A DNA stretch of 33,692 nucleotides. Origin: a virus. Lineage: Duplodnaviria; Caudoviricetes. The notes under the pieces were generated by a model, which did not search any database, was not told the DNA's origin, and saw only the letters and a list, made by a program, of their open reading frames with translations. Of the stretch, positions 1 through 7,223 are shown piece by piece; position 1 is the stretch's first letter; every line of letters begins with the position of its first letter. Position numbers and translations under genes: made by a program. Location: positions 1 to 33,692 of IMG/VR virus record IMGVR_UViG_3300049023_000059, one strand, 5' to 3'.

Positions 1-9
1 CTGCTCTAA

Positions 10-381
10 ATTGAGCGGGCGGTCCGCCACTTCTCGCGGTATCACAAGTACCAGCACGGCGCGGTGCTGCGCGAGCGCGCGATGCGAGTTGCCGAAGCTG
101 CGCACCTCGCCTGGCGCGAGCGCGGTGCTGTGCATCGGATCGAGCAGCTGGTCGACGCCGTGGACTCCCTCAAGATCGCGCTGCAGCTCGGGCAGCAGAT
201 CAAGGCCTTCGCGAGCTGGCGTCAGTTCGAAGCGCTCGGACGCCTGCATACGGAGCTCGGTCGGCAGTGTGGTGGCTGGCTCAAGACTCGACGTGTAAAC
301 GGCCAGAATGCCTCGGCGCGAAGCCATGGGCAGCGTGCCGAGATACTGAGTCCCCGCGCCGCCCATGGGGCTAACGCATGA
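10..381 (+). CDS. avd: DGR accessory variability determinant (Avd-like four-helix bundle), 5'-partial or interrupted
   Basis: Frame 1 reads IERAVRHFSRYHKY..LRERA...LKIALQLGQQIKAF..RQFE..LGRQCGGWLK, typical of Avd. It lies directly upstream of TR and RT. An in-frame TAA sits at 7-9; the ORF track start at 64 cuts off conserved residues. Confidence 0.85.
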   Translation: MERAVRHFSRYHKYQHGAVLRERAMRVAEAAHLAWRERGAVHRIEQLVDAVDSLKIALQLGQQIKAFASWRQFEALGRLHTELGRQCGGWLKTRRVNGQNASARSHGQRAEILSPRAAHGANA

Positions 382-1718
382 CGACGCCGCGCAGACAGTG
401 TGCGGAAGGGTCTCAAGAGCGCGGGGTAGCGTCGCCCGCGGCGAATTCGCCGTCGGACTACGCGTGGATCGTCAACTTCAACAACGGCAACGCGAACTGG
501 ATCAACCGCGACAATCACGCGTTCGTCCGGGCGGTCCGCCCCAGTGAGTGTCACCGCGTCGAGCTGCGCCACCTCCACACTGCCTGGCGCGCGGCGCGCG
601 CCGGCAAGAAGCCGAGCCACGAACAGCTGCGGTTCGAATCTGATTGGGTACCGCGCCTGATCGAGCTGCAGGATGAGCTGAACGCATGCGAGTGGGGGCC
701 TGCGCCGGCGACCGTGTTTGTCGCGACAAAGCCAAAGGCGCGCGAGATCCATGCACCTGCCTTCCGCGACCGCATCGTGCATCACTGGCTGGCGCCGAAG
801 CTCGAGCGAATCTACGAACCGACGTTCATCTTCGACAGCTACTCGAATCGCTTCGGGAAAGGCACGCACGCGGCCGTGGCGCGGCTCGGCGACTTCGTTC
901 GGCAGGTGTACAGCGGCCAGGGTGGCGGCTACTTCCTGCAGCTCGACATTTTTAACTTCTTCAATTCGATTCACCGGCCGACGCTGCTCTCCATCCTTCA
1001 GCAGCGGCTGGCCGGGCATGACCTGGGCGCGTCGGCCGAATCCGCGGTGCGGGCGCTGTTGGAACAGTCGCCGCATGACGGGGGCGTCATCGATGCGTGT
1101 TCGCTTGCTGAGCGCGCCCAGGTCCCGGCGCACAAGCGCCTTTCGAACGCCGCGCCGGGCTGCGGGATCGCGATCGGGAATCTCTCCTCGCAGTTCTTCG
1201 CGAACGTCTACCTGAACGAGGTAGACCAGTTCGTGAAGCACCGGCTCGCGGCGCGTCGATACGTCCGCTATGTCGACGACTTCGTGCTCGTCCATGAGAG
1301 CGCGCGGCAGCTCGAGGCGTGGCAGCGAGAGATCGAGGCCTTCCTCGCCGAGCGTCTGCAGCTGCGCTTGAAGCCTGGCGCGATCCTGAGGCCGCTGTCC
1401 GCCGGCATCGACTTCCTGGGCTACGTGATCAGGCCGACACACAACTTGGTGCGGGCTCGCGTCGTCGCTCACGCTCGCGCGAAACTCGCTGATTGGGAGC
1501 GGCGGTACGTGCACACCGGTCGGATCGTCGCGTGCCCTATCCATTTCACGCAGCTGCACGCGACATGGTCGTCATACCTCGGGCACTTCGAGCGCGCGGC
1601 GAGTCATCGTTTGATTGAGTCGTTCCGGCGGCGCTTCGGCTGGCTCGATGACGCGCTCTGCGCAGGCCCGTTCGACCCGCAGCAGCTTGCCCCGGTTTCC
1701 ATTCAGGTGAGGACATGA
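378..1718 (+). CDS. DGR reverse transcriptase with the template repeat in-frame at its N-terminus
   Basis: Motifs KPKAREIHAPAFRDRIVHH, SYSNRFGKGTHAA, LQLDIFNFFNSI, GIAIGNLSSQFFANVYL (DGR-type SQ), YVRYVDDF, GIDFLGY. The ATG overlaps the avd stop (ATGA 378-381). Confidence 0.95.
   Translation: MTTPRRQCAEGSQERGVASPAANSPSDYAWIVNFNNGNANWINRDNHAFVRAVRPSECHRVELRHLHTAWRAARAGKKPSHEQLRFESDWVPRLIELQDELNACEWGPAPATVFVATKPKAREIHAPAFRDRIVHHWLAPKLERIYEPTFIFDSYSNRFGKGTHAAVARLGDFVRQVYSGQGGGYFLQLDIFNFFNSIHRPTLLSILQQRLAGHDLGASAESAVRALLEQSPHDGGVIDACSLAERAQVPAHKRLSNAAPGCGIAIGNLSSQFFANVYLNEVDQFVKHRLAARRYVRYVDDFVLVHESARQLEAWQREIEAFLAERLQLRLKPGAILRPLSAGIDFLGYVIRPTHNLVRARVVAHARAKLADWERRYVHTGRIVACPIHFTQLHATWSSYLGHFERAASHRLIESFRRRFGWLDDALCAGPFDPQQLAPVSIQVRT
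440..552 (+). ncRNA. DGR template repeat (TR); boundaries approximate
   Basis: Segment with 8 in-frame AAY codons (444, 474, 480, 483, 489, 495, 504, 513) encoding SDYAWIVNFNNGNANWINRDNHAFVRAVR, a CLec/DUF1566-type VR signature. Lies between avd and the RT core. Confidence 0.88.
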
Positions 1719-1936
1719 ACACGCGCGAACTTCGGATCGCGGCGGGCGCTGGCGACCCTGACCCCACGCCTGCCCGGACGACCGACGTCCTGATCGCCGT
1801 ATCTGCGTTCGTCGCTGCGATCGAATCGCAAGGCCTGACGGTCGTCGAGTATTCCGCCGAGGTTGAGAAGGCAGCGGACGAGGTCTACAGGACCGGGCGC
1901 GCCTACCTGGACGCGCGCGAGGGTCGGAAACGATGA
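1715..1936 (+). CDS. hypothetical phage protein
   Basis: 73 aa ORF with ATGA overlaps to both neighbours. Confidence 0.7.
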   Translation: MNTRELRIAAGAGDPDPTPARTTDVLIAVSAFVAAIESQGLTVVEYSAEVEKAADEVYRTGRAYLDAREGRKR

Positions 1937-2817
1937 GCGAGAACAGTAAGATCGAATGGACCGACCACACGTTCAACCCGTGGACCGGCTGTACGAAGAT
2001 TTCCCCCGGCTGCGCTGGCTGCTACGCCGAGTCCTGGGCCAAGCGCAGCGGTCATGTGGAATGGGGCGGGCCGCGTCGGCGCACGACGGTCGAGTATTGG
2101 CAGCAGCCGTTCCGATGGAACGACAAGGCGAAGGCCGAGGGTGTCAGGCGCCGCGTCTTCTGCGCGAGTCTCGCCGACGTGTTCGACAACACGGTGCCCG
2201 CGGAGTGGCGCGCCGATCTCTTCCGCCTGATCCACAACACGCCGAACCTCGACTGGCTGCTACTCACGAAGCGGATCGGCAACGCCCGCGACATGATCAG
2301 CGAGGCGCGGATCGACGGACACCTGCTGACTTCTGGTTCGAAGCCGTGGCCCTGGCCGAACGTCTGGATCGGCGCGACCGTCGTCAACCAGGCCGAGGCC
2401 GAACGCGACGTGCCAAAGCTGCTCGCGGTGCCGGCCGCCGTGCACTTCCTCAGCTGCGAGCCGCTGCTCGGGCCGATTGACCTCGGCGCCGCGGTCTTCT
2501 GCCGGTACTGCGGCGGCGAAGGCTCAATTCTCCGAGGCCCCGATGACTTCGCCTGCTCGGCGTGCGACGGACATCGACGTTCGCTAGGCGAACTCGCCGA
2601 CGAAGGTCTCGATTGGGTAATCGTCGGCGGCGAGAGCGGCGGCAAGGCGAGACCCATGCTCAAAGGTTGGGCCGTGAACCTTCGTGACGAGTGCGCCGGA
2701 CACGGCGTCGCGTTCTTCATGAAGCAGGGATCGGCCGCGAACTGGCCGCACTACAAAAATTTCGACTCGTTCCCTGACGCGCTGCGGGTGCGCGAGTTTC
2801 CGAGGGCGCGCGCGTGA
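1933..2817 (+). CDS. phage Gp37/Gp68 (DUF5131) family protein
   Basis: SKIEWTDHTFNPWTGCTKISPGCAGCYAE, VFCASLADVFD, WLLLTKR, FLSCEPLLGP, DWVIVGGESG, FFMKQG; inserted CxxC..CxxC segment. Confidence 0.93.
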   Translation: MSENSKIEWTDHTFNPWTGCTKISPGCAGCYAESWAKRSGHVEWGGPRRRTTVEYWQQPFRWNDKAKAEGVRRRVFCASLADVFDNTVPAEWRADLFRLIHNTPNLDWLLLTKRIGNARDMISEARIDGHLLTSGSKPWPWPNVWIGATVVNQAEAERDVPKLLAVPAAVHFLSCEPLLGPIDLGAAVFCRYCGGEGSILRGPDDFACSACDGHRRSLGELADEGLDWVIVGGESGGKARPMLKGWAVNLRDECAGHGVAFFMKQGSAANWPHYKNFDSFPDALRVREFPRARA

Positions 2818-3059
2818 TGCCCGTCAACGTCGAAGCGCTCGTCCGCCAGTGCATCCGGTTCAAGGTGACGCCGTGCCTGCATTCGTCCGAGCGCAGCGCG
2901 CACCTGCTGCTGCGCGCGCTCAATCCCGAGCCCGGGACCGTCCTGCAGTGGGCGCAGGGTGACGAGTGGCAGCTCGAACAGCACGGCCGGATCGCGCACG
3001 CCGGCAGCTTCGAGGATTGCGTTACCGAACTTGCTATCAGATGCCGGGTGTCCGGCTAA
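2814..3059 (+). CDS. hypothetical protein
   Basis: 81 aa ORF overlapping the previous stop (GTGA). Confidence 0.55.
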   Translation: MMPVNVEALVRQCIRFKVTPCLHSSERSAHLLLRALNPEPGTVLQWAQGDEWQLEQHGRIAHAGSFEDCVTELAIRCRVSG

Positions 3060-3072
3060 CAAAGGAGACAAC

Positions 3073-3381
3073 GTGGAAAGCATCGAACAAGAGATACAGC
3101 GCAAAGGCCTCACCGCCCCGCGCGTCACACCCGCGGACATCGAAGCGAATATCGAGAACGTCGAATTCGTGAAATTCATCTCGCTGCGCGGGCAGGTTCT
3201 GCGTTGGGCCGTCATTACGACTAAGAATGGCTTCGCGGTCGTCGGACAGCCGTCCTGCAGCGTCTCACCGCAGAACGACGATCAAGAAATCGGCGAGAAA
3301 GTGGCGCGCGAGAACTCCGTACGCGAAATGTGGCCCTTGATGGGCTACGCGCTGCGTGAGCGACTCGCGGCGTCGTCGTGA
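3073..3381 (+). CDS. N4 Gp49/Sf6 Gp66 family protein (possible cyclic-nucleotide sponge)
   Basis: AGGAG RBS at 3063-3067, GTG start. IEQEIQRKGLTAPRVTPADIEANI...NGFAVVG.PS.SVSPQNDDQEIGEKVARENS..EMWPLMGYALRERL matches the family pattern. Confidence 0.88.
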   Translation: MESIEQEIQRKGLTAPRVTPADIEANIENVEFVKFISLRGQVLRWAVITTKNGFAVVGQPSCSVSPQNDDQEIGEKVARENSVREMWPLMGYALRERLAASS

Positions 3382-3653
3382 ATCAGCTCGCGCAGGTCGG
3401 GCGCCTGGCGTTCCGGCACGAGGGTGATTGGTGGGTAGTCTATTGGGCGCCCGAGACGCACACGATGACTGGTGCCGTGGAACTGGGGCGCGTCGCAATT
3501 GCCCTCGTGCAGACACACGTGCGCCGGGATCAGTTCATTCAGTTCGCGCGCGACGTGTACGCCGACATGGCCGAGCAGGCCATCGGGGTGCGGCCGGTGT
3601 TTCCGATAGAACCGCAGCCGGCGCCGGAACACGAGCGAGCAGGCAACTCGTAG
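3378..3653 (+). CDS. hypothetical phage protein
   Basis: 91 aa ORF overlapping the previous stop (GTGA). Confidence 0.7.
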   Translation: MNQLAQVGRLAFRHEGDWWVVYWAPETHTMTGAVELGRVAIALVQTHVRRDQFIQFARDVYADMAEQAIGVRPVFPIEPQPAPEHERAGNS

Positions 3654-3666
3654 CCACGGAGGATCC

Positions 3667-3879
3667 ATGTTCCTGACCGACGCGGAGCTTCGGCAGCTCA
3701 CGGGCTTTTCTCGACGGACGCAGCAAATTGAATGGTTGCGGTCGAACGGGTGGCGCTTTACCGTGAACGCGCTCGGCGTCCCTGTCGTCGCCAATGCCGA
3801 GGCATCGCGCAAGCTCGTCGGCGGCACGCATCGGTCGCAAGAACCGAATTGGGAAGCGGTCAATGGGAAGGCCTCGTAA
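3667..3879 (+). CDS. DUF4224 excisionase-like protein
   Basis: MFLTDAELRQLTG..R..QQIEWLRSNGWRF.VNALG.PVV; GGAGG RBS; overlaps the integrase start. Confidence 0.85.
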   Translation: MFLTDAELRQLTGFSRRTQQIEWLRSNGWRFTVNALGVPVVANAEASRKLVGGTHRSQEPNWEAVNGKAS

Positions 3880-4849
3880 AAAGAACCTGCACCTGCCGGT
3901 CGGCATGTCGCTCGAAGGCGGCACGTACTACTACCGGAAGAAGCCCGCGCCGCGGATCACGCTCGGGCGCGATCTCGAAGCGGCGTTGACCTGGTACGCG
4001 CGCCAGGCGGTGCCGACCCGCGCCATGCGCACGCTCGGCGACGTGATCACGCGATACCGCCTCGAGGTCCTGCCGATGAAGCGCTCGGCTCAGACCCGCG
4101 CCGACCAGGCGCGGGCGCTCGATCGGCTCGCTGCGGTGTTCGGGCACATGCTGCCCGACACGATCGCGGCGCCCATGTGCTATCGGTACCTCGACGAGCG
4201 GCGCACGCCTGAAGGCAAGCCCGCGCCCGTGGCGGCCCGTCACGAGGTCTCCCTGCTCGGGCACGTGATAGGGAAGGGGATACGCTGGGGCGCCGCGACC
4301 GTGAACGTGGTGCGGTCCCTGGAGCGGATCAAGCGGCCGAAGCGGGACCGATACGTGAGCGACGCCGAATTCGCAGCGTGCCGCGCGCTCGCGTCCCCGC
4401 GCATGGCCCTGGCGATGGACCTCGCCCGGAACATCGGACAGCGCCGCGGTGATCTGCTGCGGCTACGGCGCGACCAGGTGGGGCCGGAAGGCATCGAGAT
4501 CCGGCAAGGGAAGACGGGCGCCGGCGTGCTCGTCGAGGTCACGCCCGCCCTGCAGGCGACGCTCGACGCGCTGCTCGCCCTGCCGCCTCACATCCCGCGC
4601 GACTACGTGCTTCGCCAGGAAGACGGGCAGCCGTACACCCGTTCGGGGTTCTCGTCGAACTGGCAGCGGCTCATGCGGAAATACGTCGCGGCCGGCGGGA
4701 AGCGCTTCACGTTCCACGATCTGCGCGCGAAGGCGGCGAGCGACAAGCCGACGATCGCCGAGGCGCAGGCCCTGCTCGGGCATTCGAGCCCGGAGACGAC
4801 GAAGCGGGTTTACAAGCGCAATCTAACTAGAGCGCGGCCCGTCAAATGA
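3863..4849 (+). CDS. int: tyrosine integrase
   Basis: N-terminus MGRPRKKNLHLP; catalytic motifs GQRRGD, QGKTG, FHDLRAK, LLGHS, RVY. Confidence 0.95.
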   Translation: MGRPRKKNLHLPVGMSLEGGTYYYRKKPAPRITLGRDLEAALTWYARQAVPTRAMRTLGDVITRYRLEVLPMKRSAQTRADQARALDRLAAVFGHMLPDTIAAPMCYRYLDERRTPEGKPAPVAARHEVSLLGHVIGKGIRWGAATVNVVRSLERIKRPKRDRYVSDAEFAACRALASPRMALAMDLARNIGQRRGDLLRLRRDQVGPEGIEIRQGKTGAGVLVEVTPALQATLDALLALPPHIPRDYVLRQEDGQPYTRSGFSSNWQRLMRKYVAAGGKRFTFHDLRAKAASDKPTIAEAQALLGHSSPETTKRVYKRNLTRARPVK

Positions 4850-5238
4850 AAGAAACGAAGATGGTGTTGGGTGACGGTGACGAGAAGGTCGTCTGCATCA
4901 CCGTGTTCCGGGCCAACAGGGAACAGCGCGAGCTATCAAATCGAACGTCGATCGTCGGATTCGGCGGCGTGCAGCCTTCACGTCAGCACTGCCCGCACCG
5001 GCACGTGTCGCTCGACACCTCGCACGCCGAGCTCGAATGCGACGACTGCAAGCATCGCTTGAACCCCATCGAGTGGATAGCGAATCACTTGGATCATTGG
5101 CACTGGATCCAGCGCAAGATCGACGAGTTCAAGGAGACTGAGCGCCGAGCGGCGGCGGCCATGACAGCGCTCGAGTTGAGGCAGCGCGCGAAGTGCGAGC
5201 ATTGCGGAGGGATCACTCGCGTTCGAATTCACCGATGA
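4846..5238 (+). CDS. hypothetical protein with Cys/His zinc-binding motifs
   Basis: CPHRH, CDDC and CEHC motifs; ATGA overlap with the integrase stop. Confidence 0.7.
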   Translation: MKETKMVLGDGDEKVVCITVFRANREQRELSNRTSIVGFGGVQPSRQHCPHRHVSLDTSHAELECDDCKHRLNPIEWIANHLDHWHWIQRKIDEFKETERRAAAAMTALELRQRAKCEHCGGITRVRIHR

Positions 5239-5477
5239 TTTCCCAAGACCTCGGGTATTTCCCAAGGTCAGGGAATTCATCGACGACGTAACTGATTGAT
5301 TGGATGGCGCGCCCGGAGAGATTCGAACTCCCGACCACCTGGTTCGTAGGGAGGGATTCTCTCGCGCGTAAGTAGTTGGCGGGAAAGGATGAAGGCGGGT
5401 CCGGCGTTTGGGTTATTGCCGGCGGATATGGCGGGTTAAGCCGTTGATCGGCTTGGATGGCGGGAAGAGTTTCCCAA
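5238..5477. repeat. candidate integrase arm-type binding repeats (TTTCCCAA)
   Basis: ATTTCCCAAG at 5238-5247 and 5257-5266, TTTCCCAA at 5470-5477, and GGCGGGAA at about 5379 and 5459, flanking the att core. Confidence 0.55.
5305..5349 (-). mobile_element. attP core identical to the 3' half of tRNA-Arg(ACG)
   Basis: Reverse complement CTACGAACCAGGTGGTCGGGAGTTCGAATCTCTCCGGGCGCGCCA contains the anticodon loop (ACG), T-arm and CCA. No 5' half is present. It lies near the integrase with phage genes on both sides. Confidence 0.88.
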
Positions 5478-5495
5478 CCGAAAATGGGTACAGAA

Positions 5496-6065
5496 ATGAA
5501 AGTCGAAACGCTGAAGATGGACCCGGAGATCGCGCGCGAGCTCTGGCGCAAGTACCAGACGCACCGCGCCTACCAGGCGCCGCACGACGCGGAGATCGCA
5601 GCGATTTACAAGCGCATCGCGCAGGGCAAGACCGTCATCCGGGCGCTCGAGTCGATCAAGTCCGCCGGCGTCGACGAGAAAGGCCTCCCGCGCCTTGCTA
5701 TTGCGCGAGCGGATCAAGCTCTCTGCTACTGGCACGCTGACGGAAGCACGCGGAGTTTTAGCGGCCAGCGCTGGGGCATCTGGAAACACAAGTCTCTGCG
5801 TTCGCCCACCATTCGAATCAACTGGCCGGATGCACCGCGGCAGCGCGACGTTTGCGAAGCCGTTGTCCCCATCATCCCCGTGCATCTGCGCCCGAAGCGC
5901 GGCCTCGCGAACTATCACATCCTCTGGGAAGCGGAGTGGACGAAGCGCTACCCGGTCGACCCGTATCTGCTGCGCCGGTTTGGCGGCGACGCGTGGCTCG
6001 TGGTGGCAGCTTGGGATCTCACGGATGTCGAGCGCGCCGTGATGTCGTCGAGGCTGAACAGCTAG
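5496..6065 (+). CDS. hypothetical protein (att-adjacent)
   Basis: About 189 aa ORF with globular composition (VPIIPVHLRP, YHILWEAEW, DPYLLR, AAWDLTDVER); start uncertain (5457/5484/5496). Confidence 0.8.
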   Translation: MKVETLKMDPEIARELWRKYQTHRAYQAPHDAEIAAIYKRIAQGKTVIRALESIKSAGVDEKGLPRLAIARADQALCYWHADGSTRSFSGQRWGIWKHKSLRSPTIRINWPDAPRQRDVCEAVVPIIPVHLRPKRGLANYHILWEAEWTKRYPVDPYLLRRFGGDAWLVVAAWDLTDVERAVMSSRLNS

Positions 6066-6283
6066 AGCACGCGCGCTGCGTTCTCGCACTTCTCGGCTCG
6101 CTCCGTAGCCCGCCTGGCTTCGTCCAGGAACGTCTTTCGTACCGAGGGGTTCGACTGGGCAGCGGCGTCCTGCTCGGCCCTGTACGCGGCTGCGCGCGCG
6201 TACATTGCCATCGCGCGCCAGTCGTCGGCGGTGAAGCGGACGAAGTTCGTCACACGGGAATTGTTGCGTGTGACGGCCGTCAT
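6062..6283 (-). CDS. hypothetical protein
   Basis: 73 aa helical ORF convergent on and overlapping the previous stop. Confidence 0.5.
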   Translation of the reverse strand: MTAVTRNNSRVTNFVRFTADDWRAMAMYARAAAYRAEQDAAAQSNPSVRKTFLDEARRATERAEKCENAARVL

Positions 6284-6372
6284 GGTCCAACCAGGTGAGG
6301 AAGCGCACGTCGCCTGTACAGATGACGGATTCCCGAATACGCAGCCCCATCACCGTCGCGCACTTGAGACAG

Positions 6373-6400
6373 TTGCCGCACCGGTGAGGCTCAATACAAT
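6373..6400 (+). promoter_or_regulatory. candidate sigma70 promoter for the tRNA-like RNA
   Basis: TTGCCG (6373-6378), 16 nt spacer, TACAAT (6395-6400). Confidence 0.55.
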
Positions 6401-6421
6401 CGATCGCGCTGATGCAGAAAG

Positions 6422-6449
6422 AACGAAGCCCGCGGACGCGGGCTCGTTT
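6422..6449 (-). terminator. intrinsic terminator hairpin, probably ending the late/lysis transcript
   Basis: AACGA(A)GCCCGC...GCGGGCTCGTT stem; on the minus strand the GC-rich core runs into TTCGTTCTTTCT. Confidence 0.55.
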
Positions 6450-6451
6450 AC

Positions 6452-6558
6452 GCCGACATAGCTCAGAGGCAGAGCGGACCGAAAGTGCACGTAGCGGGCT
6501 CGAGATCCTTACGCCGCACACCATCGGGATGACGCAGGTTCGAATCCTGCTGTCGGCA
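6452..6558 (+). ncRNA. tRNA-like RNA with an extended anticodon arm
   Basis: Acceptor stem GCCGACA/TGTCGGC plus A; D-arm TAGCTCAGAGGCAGAGC; T-arm GCAGG-TTCGAAT-CCTGC; 57 nt (6477-6533) between the D and T arms instead of about 22. Confidence 0.8.
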
Positions 6559-6601
6559 ACCCTGATCCGTCAACCTGCCGGGAAACGGCGACAGGTATCG
6601 G

Positions 6602-6892
6602 CTACTGCGCCGCCCTGATGTTCTCGAGCTGGTTGCGGCAGATCGCGAGGGCGAGCTCGACGGCGATCAGGCGGTCGACGAGCGCCTCGCCTGTGATGTC
6701 ATTCGCCGGGTACTGATACCGCGGCGCGCAGTCCGCCGTGAGCTCGGGCGGGAGCGGCTTCACCACCGGCACCGGGACCCGGACGGTTTCCGTCTTTGTG
6801 ACCACCCGCGGTGTCCCGCAGCCCGCGAGCAAGGCCAGGGCAAGCACGCTGGAAACTCGCGCGCAGCCACGAGTCGCAGTCTGGATTCGCAC
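6602..6892 (-). CDS. Rz1: o-spanin (Rz1-like lipoprotein)
   Basis: Lipobox LLAGC and Pro-rich VPVPVVKPLPPELTADC; overlaps the 3' end of Rz in another frame. Confidence 0.85.
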   Translation of the reverse strand: MRIQTATRGCARVSSVLALALLAGCGTPRVVTKTETVRVPVPVVKPLPPELTADCAPRYQYPANDITGEALVDRLIAVELALAICRNQLENIRAAQ

Positions 6893-7223
6893 GGTCTATC
6901 TCCTTCGCGGCCTGCAGCTCGTCGAGCTTGCGGTCCGCGTCCTTCAATGCGAGCGCCGCGCTGGTCAGCGCCTTCAGGATCTCGCTCGGCGATAGGCCGA
7001 GCTTCGCCCATTCATCGAGCGCGGCGTTCTGCGTGTCGATCGTGGCCTTCAGCGAGCCGTTCGCATCGACGGCGGTCTCGAGCGATGCGCGCGTCGCGTC
7101 GCGCTCGGCGCGCGCTGCGTTGGCTGCCTGGTGCTCGCAGCCGGCGAAGCCTCCCGTGATCAGCAGCGCGCCGAACAGCGCGACGCAGACCCACGCGAGC
7201 AGCTTCGTCGTGATCCAGCTCAC
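6699..7223 (-). CDS. Rz: i-spanin (Rz-like)
   Basis: N-terminal TM helix, coiled coil, C-terminal Cys pair (CDSW...CP); overlaps Rz1. Confidence 0.8.
   Translation of the reverse strand: MSWITTKLLAWVCVALFGALLITGGFAGCEHQAANAARAERDATRASLETAVDANGSLKATIDTQNAALDEWAKLGLSPSEILKALTSAALALKDADRKLDELQAAKEIDRANPDCDSWLRASFQRACPGLARGLRDTAGGHKDGNRPGPGAGGEAAPARAHGGLRAAVSVPGE

Noticed and set aside
16-28. 13 bp match CGGGCGGTCCGCC to the TR 3' end (528-540) as a possible VR
   Set aside because: The match does not extend, and it lies within Avd-like coding sequence (ERAVRH); likely chance in GC-rich DNA.
222-1559. Long antisense and alternate-frame ORFs (e.g. 222-1559, 7916-9370, 12300-14159, 17404-19032, 21948-23753)
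   Set aside because: Arg/Ala/Pro-rich shadow frames of real genes, expected in high-GC DNA.
378-1718. Group II intron or retron RT
   Set aside because: The SQ motif, upstream Avd and AAC-rich TR indicate a DGR; no intron domain V or msr/msd is evident.
5305-5380. Complete tRNA-Arg gene
   Set aside because: Only the 3' half from the anticodon loop is present; no D-arm or 5' acceptor strand.
6452-6558. Ordinary tRNA, tmRNA, group I intron tRNA or YrlA Y RNA
   Set aside because: No canonical anticodon loop; the insert is far too short for tmRNA or a self-splicing intron; the 5' and 3' ends form the acceptor stem, unlike YrlA topology.
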